Shown piece by piece: positions 12,256 through 25,113 of a DNA stretch of 64,000 nt. Where the stretch lies: positions 6,820,001-6,884,000 of the forward strand of contig NW_026948187.1 in assembly GCF_963921235.1 (NCBI RefSeq), in the 5' to 3' direction. The notes beneath the pieces were generated by a model. The model was not told the origin of the DNA and searched no databases. It saw nothing but the letters and a program-made list of their open reading frames with translations. The DNA comes from Mobula hypostoma. Its lineage: Eukaryota. The position numbers and the translations under genes were made by a program. Positions within the stretch are counted from its first letter, which is position 1. Each line of letters starts with the position of its first letter.

Positions 12256-13355
12256 GAAACATAGAAACATAGAAAATAGGTGCAGGAGTAGGCCATTCGG
12301 CACTTCGAGCCTGCACCGCCATTTATTATGATCATGGCTGATCATCCAACTCAGAACCCAGCCTTCCCTCCATACCCCCTGACCCCTGTAGCCACAAGGG
12401 CCATGTCTAACTCCCTCTTAAACATAGCCAATGAACTGGCCTCAACAGTTTGCTGTGGCAGAGAATTCCACAGATTCACCACTCTCTGTGTGAAGAAGTT
12501 TTTCCTAATCTCGGTCCTAAAAGGCTTCCCCTCTATCCTCAAACTGTGACCCCTTGTTCTGGACCTCCCCAACATCGGGAACAATCTTCCCGCATCTAGC
12601 CTGTCCAATCCCTTTAGGATCTTATACGTTTCAATCAGATCCCCCCTCAATCTTCTAAATTCCAACGAGTACAAGCCCAGTTCATCCAGTCTTTCTTCAT
12701 ATGAAAGACCTGCCATCTCAGGAATCAATCTGGTGAACCTTCTTTGTACTCCCTCTATGGCAAAGATGTCTTTCCTCAGATTAGGAGACCAAAACTGCAC
12801 ACAATACTCCAGGTGTGGTCTCACCAAGGCCTTGTACAACTGCAGTAGTACCTCCCTGCTCCTGTACTCGAATCCTGTCGCTATAAATGCCAGCATACCA
12901 TTCGCCTTTTTCACCGCCGGCTGTACCTGCATGCCCACTTTCAATGACTGGTGTATAATGACACCCAGGTCTCGTTGCATCTCCCCTTTTCCTAATCGGC
13001 CACCATTCAGATAATAATCTGTTTTCCTATTTTTGCCACCAAAGTGCAATCTGCCATGAGTTTGCCCACTCACCCAACCTATCCAAGTCACCCTGCATCC
13101 TCTTAGCATTCTCCTCACTGCTAACACTGCCACCCAGCTTCGTGTCATCCGCAAACTTGGAGATGTTGCATTTAATTCCCTCATCCAAGTCATTAATATA
13201 TATTGTAAACAACTGGGGTCCCAGCACTGAGCCATGCGGTACCCCACTAGTCACCGCCTGCCATTCTGAAAAGGTCCCGTTTATTCCCACTCTTTGCTTC
13301 CTGTCTGCTAACCAATTCTCCACCCACACCAATACCTTACCCCCAATACCGTGTG
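12256..13355 (-). mobile_element. 5'-truncated CR1 LINE (RT 3' part) with target-site duplication
   Basis: RT C-terminal ORF (ALVRPHLEYCVQFW..EGVQRRFTRLIP) and (TTTCTATG)n tail. GAAAAATA is duplicated at 12248-12255 and 13355-13362. Confidence 0.92.
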
Positions 13356-13389
13356 AAAAATATAACATAAATTTTACTGCAGTTCATTT

Positions 13390-13409
13390 CCGCCCCCTAG
13401 TGGTAGCAG
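13390..13409 (-). promoter_or_regulatory. CTCF site in an orphan A1-type upstream module
   Basis: CCACTAGGGGGCGG. Confidence 0.75.
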
Positions 13410-15029
13410 CCCGTGTCTCCACATGTCGCTCTCCGATCAAGTTCAATGGCAGAGAGGTAGAGAGAGCAGATTTGTAAGCCTGACCAGATATACCAAGCAT
13501 GAATCAAATTTAACTCTTTCTATTCAGGGGTCGAATTTGGCCGCAGGTTGGGTTCAGTGACTTGAATCCCTAAGCAAGCACAGGTATGAATTGCGCAGAT
13601 GCGATATCGCGCATGCGCCCGTTGTCTGATCTGTCATGCCGTCAATCCGACATCCTCTCGCTGATTGACAGCAGACATCTCCTGATGAAGGGGCTCGTTC
13701 CGAAACGTCGGAATCATTCTCGTTCATCTCCTTTGATTCTCCCCAATTTCAGCTCCTCCATTCTCAGGTACGGGTACCAAAACAGCTCACAGCAACACTG
13801 TCAAGCCTCACCAGTGTTTTATAAAGTCTCAACATCACATCCCTGCTTTTAGATTCTAGTTCCCCGAAATCAATGATAACATCTTCTTTGCCTTCCACAC
13901 CACAAACTTAAGCGGCAAATTAAACTTTATAGAATTCTTAATGAGGACTTCCAAGACCCTTTGGCTCTCAGATTTTTTGAATTTCCTCTCCATTGAGAAA
14001 AGCGTCAATGTTTCTAATTCTTCTCCCGAAATGCTTGAGAATACACTTCCCGAGACTGCCTTTTATTTGCTCTTCACCAATCTAGGTTGAGTCCTTCTGT
14101 AGCCACCGTGTTTCCTTAAAAGTATTTGTCCTTTCTCCTATCCGTAACTTGAGCACAAAGCCTTCAATTCCGTCATCCAAATCATTGAAAAACAACTTAT
14201 AAAGAAGTAACCCCAACACAGTCAGCACTAGTCATCTGTAGCCAAACAGAGAGGCTGTCTTTATTCTCACTCTTTTCCTCCTGCCAATCACTCAATGTTC
14301 TATCTACGCGAGTCTGGTTCCTGTAATTCCATGGGCTCACCTTAAACATCTACATGTCTGGCACCTTGTCCAAGGCTTTCTGAAAATCCAAGTACACGGC
14401 ATCCACGATTCTCCTTTGTCAATGCGGGTTATTTATTGAAAGAATACCACCTGATTTGTCAGGCAGTTTTTTCACTGCAGCACACCATATTGACAGCCAC
14501 CTATGAATGTGCCTCCAAGTACCCCGAAATGACATCCTTAACCATTGATTCCAATATCTTCTCAAACTAACTGACGTCAGAGTAACTGCCCTATAATAAA
14601 TGGGATTAGGCTACAAACAGCATTGAACAAATAACATCTGGTAGACCAGTACAGTGCGGGCTGTTCTGTCTTCCATCTTGCGCCGACCCTATAATCTACT
14701 CAAAGATCAATTAAGCTCTTTCGTAAAAATGTAGTCCTTCAGTGATCGGTGAACATGCACATCAATATCCTGCCTTTCTTCCAAAGTACGCCGTGTTCAA
14801 CCCTTCACGCTGTGTGCCCTACCGTTGTTATCGTATCCTTCTCCGTCTCTGAACAATCCCCAGTATCCGGCACTCTCCTATCTTCGTCACCGAGAACCCT
14901 CTGTCCCTTCGCACTCCCATCATTCACGCCGTGTGTCCGTCCCTGTACCCCGATGTCCCTCTGTCCCTCGACCCGCCCAGCATTCTCGGCTTGTCTACTG
15001 CTCTTGTATGCCGACGTCATTTCTGTCCC

Positions 15030-15240
15030 ACGGCACACCCCACCATTCACAATGAGTGTCCTACTCTGTACACCGAGGTCCATCTGTCCCACGACACACC
15101 CCACCATTCACAATGTGTGTCCTACTCTGTACAACGAGGTCCATCTGCCCCACGACACACCCCACCATTCACGATGTGTGTCCTACTCTGTACACCGAGG
15201 TCCATCTGTCCCACGACACACCTCACCATTCACGATGTGT
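15030..15240. repeat. 61-bp minisatellite (core of a dispersed locus repeat)
   Basis: CACCATTCACAATGTGTGTCCTACTCTGTACACCGAGGTCCATCTGTCCCACGACACACCC repeated about 3.5 times. Degenerate copies occur at 14750-15700 and in most spacers downstream of A-type V genes. Confidence 0.85.
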
Positions 15241-16139
15241 GTGCCCTACCCTTGTACACTGAGGTCCCTCTGACCCTTCCCACCGTTCATCCTGTCGCTC
15301 CCCGTCTCTGAACAATCCCCAGTACCCGGCACTTCGTGCACCCAGAACCCTCTGTCCCTTCACACTCTCACAATTCATCCTGTGTGTCCTACCCTGTACA
15401 CCGAGGTCCCTCTGACCCTCGACAGGTCCCAGCATTCACCGTTGTGCCCTACCGTCGATAACCAATTTCGCTATGTTCTTTGAACCGCCCAGCGTTCTCG
15501 GTTTGTCAACTGGTCGTGTATACCGAGGTCATTTCTGCCTCCACGTTCCCCACCATTCAGGGTGTGTGTCCTATTCTGTACACCGAGGTTCATCTCTCCC
15601 TCCACACGCCCCACCCCCATTCACGGTCTTTTTTCAACCTTGTAAACCGCGGCCCCTCTGTTCCTCAACAATTCCCACCATGTACAGTATGTTTGTTGAA
15701 CACTTATGTCCCGTGTTTCCTCTGTTCCGGATCCGTCCGGTATTCTTCGTATTCTGTGTTTCCAACAACAGACAAAAAAGACACGAGCGGGAAATTGATC
15801 TTGGGGAGTGAACATTATTGGCGCACTCAATGGCTCTGGTTCTCCCGGACCGACAATGTGTGGGAAGACCGGAAATGACAAGGCAGAATAGACTTGAAAG
15901 GTGAGTGTGCAAATTGTATTCACCCAACTTGCTTTAGAAGAGAAGGGAAATTTGAAGCAACGGTACAATATAATCGCCCCTTATTTCACTGATTGGACGC
16001 TGCGCCGCTCACGACTGAATGATAAACCACCTCCCACCAGATGATTAAAAGGAGTCGTGTTTCCTGTTTTGCTGACAGCAACGACCCTTCTGACAGTGAG
16101 AGTTTTTGTTCAACTGCACCGTCACTCTGTTCCGCCGTG

Positions 16140-16369
16140 AATACTCCACGCACAGAAATACAGGGCCGACGATTTCGCCTCTAGTTTGTCAGACTTCAGG
16201 AAGAATTCGCTGGTCCTCGGTCTCTCCGCCGTAAAACCTCCGAACAAATTCTCCGGCTGTACGTACTTAGCTGCGGTCGAGTGAAACAGGTATTCCGGAC
16301 CGTTTCCCGGGAATTGTCGGTACCAGTACAACCAGTCGCTAGCACTGATACTACCCTCTACTGTGTAAC
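16140..16369 (-). pseudogene. TRBV: V5: 5'-truncated TRBV A1 fragment with intact RSS
   Basis: LYWYRQFPGNGPEY..YFCAWS is present; FR1 and leader are missing. RSS 16101-16139: CACGGCG-23-ACAAAAACT. Confidence 0.88.
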
Positions 16370-16884
16370 TCTCTTATCTCGTGAAAATAAACATTTGGAA
16401 TCTGTATTCTAAGCCCTCCTAGATCATAGACAAACCACGTGAAATACCCTGTGTTCTGCATGGAGCAGGTGCCGAAATGTCGGCCGGCACTCTCACATAC
16501 GCCAAAATTTCCAGATCTGCACACGCCAGCAAATCGGCTGGCAGCCCGTATACGCCGACAACCCCAAATCCCCGCGTACCCCAAATCCGCCTGAGAAAAC
16601 TATTTCTGCTAAACCCCAAGATCCGCCCACACCCTCATATTCTGTCATCTTCTGAGACTGGTGAACATTAATATCCCTCTGTTCCTTCCTCGGACGCCGT
16701 GATCTGACATTCACGGGGTGTGTCCGACAGCTGTTCTCCAATCTCTCCCAGTTTCTTAACTATCCGTCTGTCCCTTAACCTAGGCTTCACAATCAAGGAA
16801 GGATGGAGTGGGGAGAGCTGTGGGGATCATATTCACCTATCTGAATGTTTAATAAGGGGAGGAAATTAAACGCCACGGCATAAT

Positions 16885-16995
16885 AACTCCGCCCCTTATT
16901 TCACTGATTGGCCGCATCGGCGCAGCGCCAGACAGATAGACCCGCCTCCCACCCTATGATTGACAGGTGTCGTATTTCCTGTTTTGCTGACAGCA
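16885..16995. promoter_or_regulatory. A1 RSS-downstream cassette (GC box, CCAAT, TGATTGACAG, ETS); representative copy at V6
   Basis: Plus strand CTCCGCCCC..CTGATTGG..CCCGCCTCCC..TGATTGACAG..TTTCCTGT. Homologs lie beside all 12 A1 RSSs, the orphan RSS and 52244-52350. Confidence 0.65.
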
Positions 16996-17053
16996 CCGAC
17001 CCTTCTGACGGCGAGGTTTTTGTTCGGCTGCCCCGTCACTCTGAGCCGCCGTG

Positions 17054-17681
17054 AATACTCCAGGCGCAGAAATACACGGCCGACGAATTCGCCTCCAGTT
17101 TGTCGGACTTCAGGAGGAACTCGTTGCTCTGGGGTCTCTCCGCCGTAAAACCGTCGACCATTTCCTCTGGTAAGACGTACGGAGCTGTGTTTGAGTAAAA
17201 CATGTTCTCCGGACCCTTTCCTGGGTATTGTCGGTACCAGTACAAGTAGTTATCAGCACTGGTACTACCCTCTACTGTGCAACGCAGGGTCACCTTGTGG
17301 CCGTCAGTTCCCGAGAAAGCCGGCGTCTGGTGGATCGTCACCGAGGTCGCGTCTGGAAGAAAGAGACGGGGGAGGCATAACGGGGTGAATGAAAACGGAG
17401 ACGCTGGTAAATGGGAAAGGGGAGAAAAAAGGGTGCATTGAGGGAAGCCAAGAGGAGGATTGAAGTCGGGAAAGCTCGAGAGGAGATGGGAATTTACAGG
17501 CTGCGACCGAGCGCAGATCGTGTGCGGACGCGACGGCTCGTAACTAAACAAGTAACGAGTCCAAGACGAACAGTGACGGGAATGTGAAAGGAAGAGAGAA
17601 GCAGAGAAAGAAAAAAATAATAATATCTGTCAACTTTTACTCACAGTGGAAGGCAATAATAAAGAGCAGAAACAGAAACAT
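17054..17681 (-). CDS. TRBV: V6: TRBV A1, intact
   Basis: Leader 17645-17681 (MFLFLLFIIAFH). Exon 17054-17352. RSS 17015-17053: CACGGCG-23-ACAAAAACC. Confidence 0.92.
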
Positions 17682-18260
17682 CCTACGTGGTGGGTTTATT
17701 CTCTCAATCCTGAAAGTGGTGCGTGCAGCAGAGAAATGATCGATTCACTTCAAACCCCTTTGGTTGCTTGTATCAGTGGATTTGCGGAAGTATCGATTGG
17801 CCACGCCCTTTAGATGTTCCAACACGATTTGAGGGGAGTACCTCTTCCGCTCTACCAAGATGACTACACAGCACTCTCCCTCTTTGACGCTATCCTCGTC
17901 CATCCATCTCTCTTTCTTCATCTGGCCCCGATTATCTCACTGTGTGCGATTTATTTAAGCTCCCAAGTCTTTGTGATTTCGTAAATCTAGCCAACAGGTG
18001 TACATAACACTTCACATCCCTTTCGCTGTAGTCAGGAATCTAATAATGAGTGCTATTCGGTGAACCTTATGAAAAACCTTGTGTCCTGCATAGAGCAGTC
18101 TTTGGCATCCAGTCTCTCTCTTTCTTTCCCACCCCGAGCCTCGATCTCTGGCTCTTAGCAATGGTTGCCACCTAGCCGAAGATAAATTTCACTTTACAGA
18201 AAAAATGTGTCCTTTTAAATACCCTCGAAATACGTTACATAAACTTTACCGCAGTCCCTG

Positions 18261-18280
18261 TGCGCCCCCTAGTGATAGCA
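18261..18280 (-). promoter_or_regulatory. CTCF site upstream of V6
   Basis: TCACTAGGGGGCGCA (the duplicate at 54423 has CCACTAGG). Confidence 0.6.
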
Positions 18281-19033
18281 GCCTGTGTCTTCAGACATTG
18301 CTCGATTGCATTGAGGTAGACTTCATATTCACGGTGTGTATCCTACCCTTGTTATCCTATCCCTCTCCGTCTCTTCACAATCCCCATTGTCTGTCACTCT
18401 CCTATCTTCGTGCACCCAAGACTCTCTGTACCTCCTCCCTCCCCACATTTGACGGTGTGTGCCCTATCCTTGTAACACTGAGGCCCCTCTGTCCCTCGAC
18501 ACGCCCCACCATTCAGGGTCATTTTACTACCCTGTACACCGCGGCACTTCTGTTCCTCAACATTCGCCACCATGTACAGTATGGTTGTCGAACACTTAGG
18601 CCCCGTGTTTCCTCTGTTCCCGATCCGTCCTGTATTCTTCGTATTCTGTGTTTCCAACAACAGACAAAAAAGACACGAGCGGGAAATTGATCTTGGGGAG
18701 TGAAGATTATTGGCGCACTCAGTGTTCTGGTTCTCCCGGACCGATGATATGTGGCAAGACCTGAAATGACAAGGAAGAATGGACTGGAAAGGCCAGTGTG
18801 CGAATTGTATTCACCCAACTGGATGCTCAGAAGAGAAGGGAAATGAACAGCTGCGGTACAATAACATCTCCCCTTATTTCACTGATTGGACGCTGCGCCG
18901 CTCACGACTGAATCATAGGCCCACCTCCCACCATATGATTGACAGGAGTGGTGTTTCCTGTTTTGCTGACAGCAACGACCCTTCTGACAGTGAGAGTTTT
19001 TGTACAGCTGCCCCGTCGCTCTGTTCCGCCGTG

Positions 19034-19655
19034 AATACTCCACGCACAGATATATAGGGCCGACGATTTCGCCTCCAGTTTGTCAGACTTCAGGAAGATT
19101 TCGTTGGTCTTCGGTCTCTCCGCAGTAAAACCGCCGACCAATTTCTCCGGCTGCACGTAATTAGCTGCAATCGAGTGAAACATGTACTCCGGTCCCTTTC
19201 CCGGGAATTGTCGGTACCAGTACAACCAGTTGTTAGCACTGGTACTACCCTCTACTGTGCAATTCAGGGTCACCTTCTGGCCGGGGGTTCCGGAGAAACC
19301 CGGAGTCTGGTGGATCGTCACTGAGGTCGCGTCTGGAAAAAGAGACGGGGGTGGAAAATGCGGTGATTGATCAGGGAGACGCAGGTCAATAGGTAAAGGG
19401 AGAAAGATGGTGCATTTGGGGAAGGAAGGAAGAGAACTGAAGTTGGGAAAGCTGGAGAGGAGGATGGAACTGAGAGGCGGCTGCAGAGGGAAAGCAGTGT
19501 GCGGAGGAGAGATCTCGTAAATAAAGACACCACTGGAAGGTAAAGCACGAGAAAGAAATCTGAAAGGAAGAGAGGAGCAAAGAAATAAAAATTAATATTG
19601 TTTGTCAGCATCACTCACAGTGGAAGGCGAGGAGAAACCGCAGAAAGAAAAGCAT
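19034..19655 (-). CDS. TRBV: V7: TRBV A1, intact
   Basis: Leader 19619-19655 (MLFFLRFLLAFH). Exon 19034-19332 ends YICAWS. RSS 18995-19033: CACGGCG-23-ACAAAAACT. Confidence 0.92.
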
Positions 19656-19845
19656 CTTCCTTGGAGTGTTTATTCTCTCAGTGATGAAACTGTTGTGTGC
19701 AGCAGAGACGAGTCCATTCACTTGTTACCTATATCAGTGACGTCGGTGGACTTGCGGAAGTAGCGATCAGTCACGCCCCTTCTATGAACCTATCCGATCT
19801 CAGGGGTGTGTTGTTACGCTCCACCAATTAAAGATTAAAGCAGCC

Positions 19846-19919
<74 letters not shown>

Positions 19920-20910
19920 CACACAGACACTCTGAATCGATCTATCTCTCTGCTCAACTTCGTCGCCCTCTGCACGCCCTATATCTCTTCCTTGCTGATT
20001 TTTAATGCTCCTTCGTTTTGGTATTTTCGGCATACCAGAGATCCCGTGTGAGAAGATAGGCCACAATACACCAACTCTTTATTGAAAACACGAATCTGTC
20101 TGACACATTGACCGGACTCCAAACTACGTCTGACATTTTAGTACATTTGCATCTCCTGTTGTGAGCCTGTTCCATGTCGCAGACCTCCTCTCTCATAAAG
20201 CAGGAGGCATACGGAGCACACCGGGAACATATTCACTCTCCAAGCTAAAGATTTTGAATCTGTATTCTAAACCCTCCCAGATCGCAGCTAAACCACGTGA
20301 AATATGTGTTCTGCATGGAGCAGGTTCCCATATATCGGCTGGCACGCACACATACGCCAAATTTTCCAAATCTGTAGGCGTCAGCAAATCGGCCAAGACC
20401 CCGTATACACCGACTACTCCAAATCCGTGCGCACCCGAAAATCCGCCTGAGAAAACTATTTCTGTTCCTACCCCCAGATCCGCCAAAACCCTCATATTCT
20501 GTCATCTTCAGTGATTGGGGAACATCAATATCCCTCTGTTCCTTCCAAGGACGGCATTTTCTGCCATTCACGGGGTGTGTCCTACATCTGTTCTCGAGTC
20601 TCTCCCTGTTTCTTAACTATCCGCCTGTCCCCGACCCTAGGCTGCAGAATCAAGGAAAGATGGAGTGGGGAGAGCAGTGGGGATCATATTCCCCCATCTG
20701 AATTTTTAAGAAGGGGAGGAAATTAAACGCCACGGCATAATGCCTCCGCCCCTTATTTCACCGATTGGCCGCAGCGGCGCAGCGCCAGACAGATAGACCC
20801 TCCTCCCACTCGATGATTGACAGGTGTCGTATTTCCTGTTTTGCTGAAAGCACAGACTCTTCTGACAGCGAGGTTTTGGTTCGGCTGCCCCGTCACTCTG
20901 AGCCGCCAGG

Positions 20911-22832
20911 AACACTCCAGGCGCAGAAATACACAACCGACGAATTCGCCTCCAGTTTGTCGGACTTCAGGATGAACTCATAGAAAACATAGAAAATAGG
21001 AGCACGAGTAGGCCATTCGGCCCTTCGAGACTGCACCGCCATTTATTATCATCATGGCTGATCATCCAACTCAGAACCCCGCCCCAGCCTTCCCTCCATA
21101 CCCTATGATCCCCGTAGCCACAAGGGCCATATCTAACTCCCTCTTAAATATAGCCAATGAACTGGCCTCAACTGTTTCCTGTGGCAGAGAATTCCACAGA
21201 TTCACCACTCTCTGTGTGAAGAAGTTTTTCCTAATCTCAGTCATAAAAGGCTTCGCCTTTATCCTCAAAACGTGATCCCTCGTTCTGGACTTCCCCAACA
21301 TCGGGAACAATCTTTCTGCACCTAGCCTATCCAATCCCCGTTCAATCTTCTAAATTCCAACGAGTACAAGCCCAGTTCATCCAGTCTTTCTTCATATGAA
21401 AATCCTGTAATCCCAGGAATCAATCGGGTGAACCTTCTTTGTACTCCCTCTATGGCAAGGATGTCTTTCCTCAGATTAGGGGACCAAAACTGCACACAAT
21501 ACTCCAGGTGTGGTCTCACCAAGGCCTTGTACAACTGCAGTAGTACCTCGCTGCTCCTGTACTCGAATCCTCTTGCTATAAATGGCAGCATACCAACCAC
21601 CTTTTTCATCGCCTGCTGTACCTGCATGCCCACTTTCAATGACTGGTGTATAATGACACCCAGGTCTCGTTGCACCTCCCCTTTTCCGAATCGTCCACCA
21701 TTCAGTTAATAATCTGTTTTCCTATTTTTGCCACCAAAGTGGATAACTTCACATTTATCCACATTAAATTGCATCTGCCATGAATTTGCCCAGTCACCCA
21801 ACCTACCCAAGTCACCCTGCATGCTCTTAGCATCCTCCTCACAGCTAACACTGCCGCCCAGCTTCGTGTCATCCGCAAACTTGGAGATGCTGCATTTAAT
21901 TCCCTCATCCAAGTCATTAATATATATTGTAAACAACTGGGGTCCCAGCACTGAGCCTTGCGGTACCCCACTAGTCACTGCCTGCCATTCTGAAAAGGTC
22001 CCGTTTATTCCCACTCTTTGCTTCCTGTCTGCTAACCAATTCTCCACCCACGCCAATACCTTACCCCCAATACCGTGTGCTTTAAGTTTGCACACTAATC
22101 TCCTGTGTGGGACCTTGTCAAAAGCCTTTTGAAAATCCAGATATACCACATCCACTGGTTCTCCCCTATCCACTTTACTAGTTACACCCTCAAATTATTC
22201 TATGAGATTCATCAGACATGGTTTTCCTTTCACTAATCCATGCTGACTTTGTCCGATGATTTCGTTGCTCTTTGGTCTCTCCGCCGTAAAACCGTTGACC
22301 AATCCCTCTGGTTGGACGTGCGGAGCTGCGTTCGAGTAAAACATGTTCTCCGGACCCTTTCCCGGGTACTGTCAGTACCAGTACAACCAGTCAGTATCAC
22401 TGGTAATACCGTCCACTGTGCAACGCAGGGTTACGTTCTGGCCGGAAGTTCCGGAGACAGCCGGAGTCTGGTGAATCATCGCCGAGGTCGCGTCTGGAAA
22501 AAGAGACGGGGGTGGCAAACTGCGGTGAACGAACAGGGAGACCCTGGTCAATAGGGAAGGGGAGAAAAAAGCGTGCATTGAGGGAATGAATGAGGAGAAC
22601 TGAAGTCGGGAGAGCTCGAGAGGTGGACGGAATTCAGAGGCGGCGGCTGAGGGAAGATAGAGTGAGGATGCGACGGTTCGTCACTAAATATAGAGAGATT
22701 CCGGGACTACTGGAGTGTAAAACAAGTGAGTGGAATCGGAAAGGAAGAGAGAAGCAAAGAAAGGAAAAGAATATTTTTTGTTCAAATTCACTCACAGTGG
22801 AAGGCGAGGATGAACTGCAGAAATAGAAACAT
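20911..22832 (-). pseudogene. TRBV: V8: TRBV A1 pseudogene interrupted by CR1
   Basis: Leader 22796-22832. 5' exon piece about 22260-22493 has WY-TGA-Q; CR1 sits in FR3; 3' piece 20911-20981. Heptamer is CCTGGCG (CAC lost), nonamer ACCAAAACC. Confidence 0.9.
20981..22260 (-). mobile_element. CR1 LINE inserted in the V8 exon
   Basis: RT motifs [21 protein letters not shown] and FADDTKL; tail abuts GAGTTCATCCTGAAG of the V exon. Confidence 0.93.
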
Positions 22833-25113
22833 CTTCCTTGGCGGGTTTACTCTCTCAGTGATGAAGCGCTGCGAACAGCAGAGACGAATCCATTCACTTC
22901 ATCCCCGCTTGTTACGTATCCCAGTGACGTAGGTGGTTTTGCGGAAGTAGCGATCAGCCACGCCCCTTCTATGAGCCCGCCCCCATTCGAGGGATGTGTT
23001 GCTTCCGCTCCAATTTGACCACCCAACACACTCGTTCTCTCTCCATATCACTTCCTCAGTATTTCTCCCTCTCCACGCTGTATCTCATTCTGCACTGTTT
23101 TGTTTTAATACATGCCTCCCAGTCTTTTGTCTTTCACCGACCATCTCCTCCCTCTGGTTCCACTCTCTGTCCCCTTTCCTCCGTGGTCCCCTCTGCTCTC
23201 ATCTCGGAAATCTTCATCCAACGTTTATAGTTTCCATCTGCCCCCTTGCGGCTTCCTGTAAAATGTGTCCTCTCCACTAAGCACTCAACTTCCCCCACAC
23301 CTGTTCTGAGCGGTCACCTGCCGTCTTGTGGTCCTTCTCCTTCCGCATGTTACTGTTCTCGATTCCCTTCCAGTTCTTATGTAACGTCTCGGTACTAAAC
23401 ATCGACTGCTTATTCCGCTTCATCGATACTGCCTGACGTGCTGAGTTCCACCGGCGTTTCTTGCTTGTTGGACATAGGACAGAGAGTACACGCCTCCCAA
23501 TCACCGTCTCCCGCAGTCAGTGCCGGGTTGTAGCCCCGCATCGTTCTTCTATGAACCGTTTAGAACGAATGTGTATGTACGGCCCAAATCAGCTTAATGC
23601 GCAGCTAACTCTCTCCCCAGCGGAATTCTCTCCATCTCGCTCTCACTCTCTCTGAATATTATCGCCAATATCTTCATGAACGACTGTCTGTCACTGATAA
23701 GTTGAAGTTGTTTGTCTGGCGCGTTCCCTCCTTCTGTGTCTGCCCCAGTGTCACTCTAACGCTCTCCCTGTCTACCGTCCTGAAACAAAAGTTGTCAGCT
23801 GTGAGCTGTGATTATCTTCTCTGTCATCCTTCTGTCTGAATACGGATGTATGTACCCATGTCTTTGTCTTTTTATCTATCTATTTATCTACCTACCCCTC
23901 TAACCATCCATCTGACAATCTATCTTTTTTCTTTCTATCCGTTTGTCAATATATCGATTTATTACCAATCATATCTAGAGATTGCCGATTTATTCTCTGT
24001 TTATACAACTTTGTTTACAGAACGACTTCGTCCTGCCAGGCAGCCTCCGTGAACCAATGGGGAGGAGCGGCGTTACGTCAGAGATAGGCCTGCCTCCGGC
24101 GCAGCTGACGTATTGCACACAATGATGCGCCAAGAGACAAATTGGCGGGAGGCAGGTGCAGAGAGACTGCAGATACCCGGATGTCTCAATCTCAATGGCC
24201 TCACTAGGAGGTTACGATCAACACGGTCATGTAACGAAGAACCGGCTGTGAAGTTGCTTGCGCGGAAGAATTTCTCTCATTTGAATGTTTCGGGAAGAAT
24301 GAAAGAGCGGCGCCTGCGCCAAGTATTCAGACGAATAACAACACCATGTCATCTGAGTGAAAGCCTCTTCCTACATGACAGACGGCTCACCGGTTTTTCT
24401 TGCTGACGATAGGCTTCTGTTGTGCGTGAAAGATTTTCATTCCTGAGGTCCCTGAGAACCTAAACAATCGAGCATGGGACAGGCAATTCACCCAGGTCCC
24501 CCTGTGCCTCAACAGTTCACAGCATTCACTGTCCGTGCCCTACCCTTGTACACCGAGGTTCCTCGGTCTTTTGACACTCCCCACCATTAACTCTGAGTCC
24601 TATCCTTGTACACTGAGGGCCCGTTGTGCGTCATCGTTGCGAACCATTCACGGTGCATGTCGCCCTCTTCTACACCGAACTGACTCTGTTCAAGATCATT
24701 TCAGATGGTTCACAGTGTGCGTCCTACCGTTGTACACCCGGGTCCCTCTGTTCCTCAACACACCAAGTGTCCAAGAATTTAGGGTTTCGATTTTGGATGC
24801 AGTGGATTAACTGTGGAGTATCTAAGAATGGCGAATTCGGATGGAGGTAGTTTCTATATAATCTGATCATCGGAGGGTAGCTTTCAGCAAAAAAAACACA
24901 CAGAACGCGTACAAAACTATTTGTGCAGAATCGTGTCCGCCATTTTAATGCCGAACAAGAGAAAGACACGACAAGAACAGGTACGATATCGTTGACCTGT
25001 TATTTCTCTCAGTGGCAACATTGCAGCGCCATCGTCGGCCAGTCTCACACTTAGATTGACATTCAAGACGGTGGGGTTTTTGTTCAGCTCCTCCGTCTGA
25101 CCCAGTCGCTGTG

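Noticed and set aside
12733-13477. Plus-strand ORFs such as MNLLCTPSMAKMSFLRLGDQ (also 21428, 21728, 42331, 42754, 57563, 57953)
   Set aside because: They are antisense or alternative frames of CR1 RT and recur only because CR1 recurs.
15030-15240. Regular 61-bp repeats resembling a CRISPR array
   Set aside because: The units are contiguous with no unique spacers, there are no cas genes, and the context is eukaryotic.
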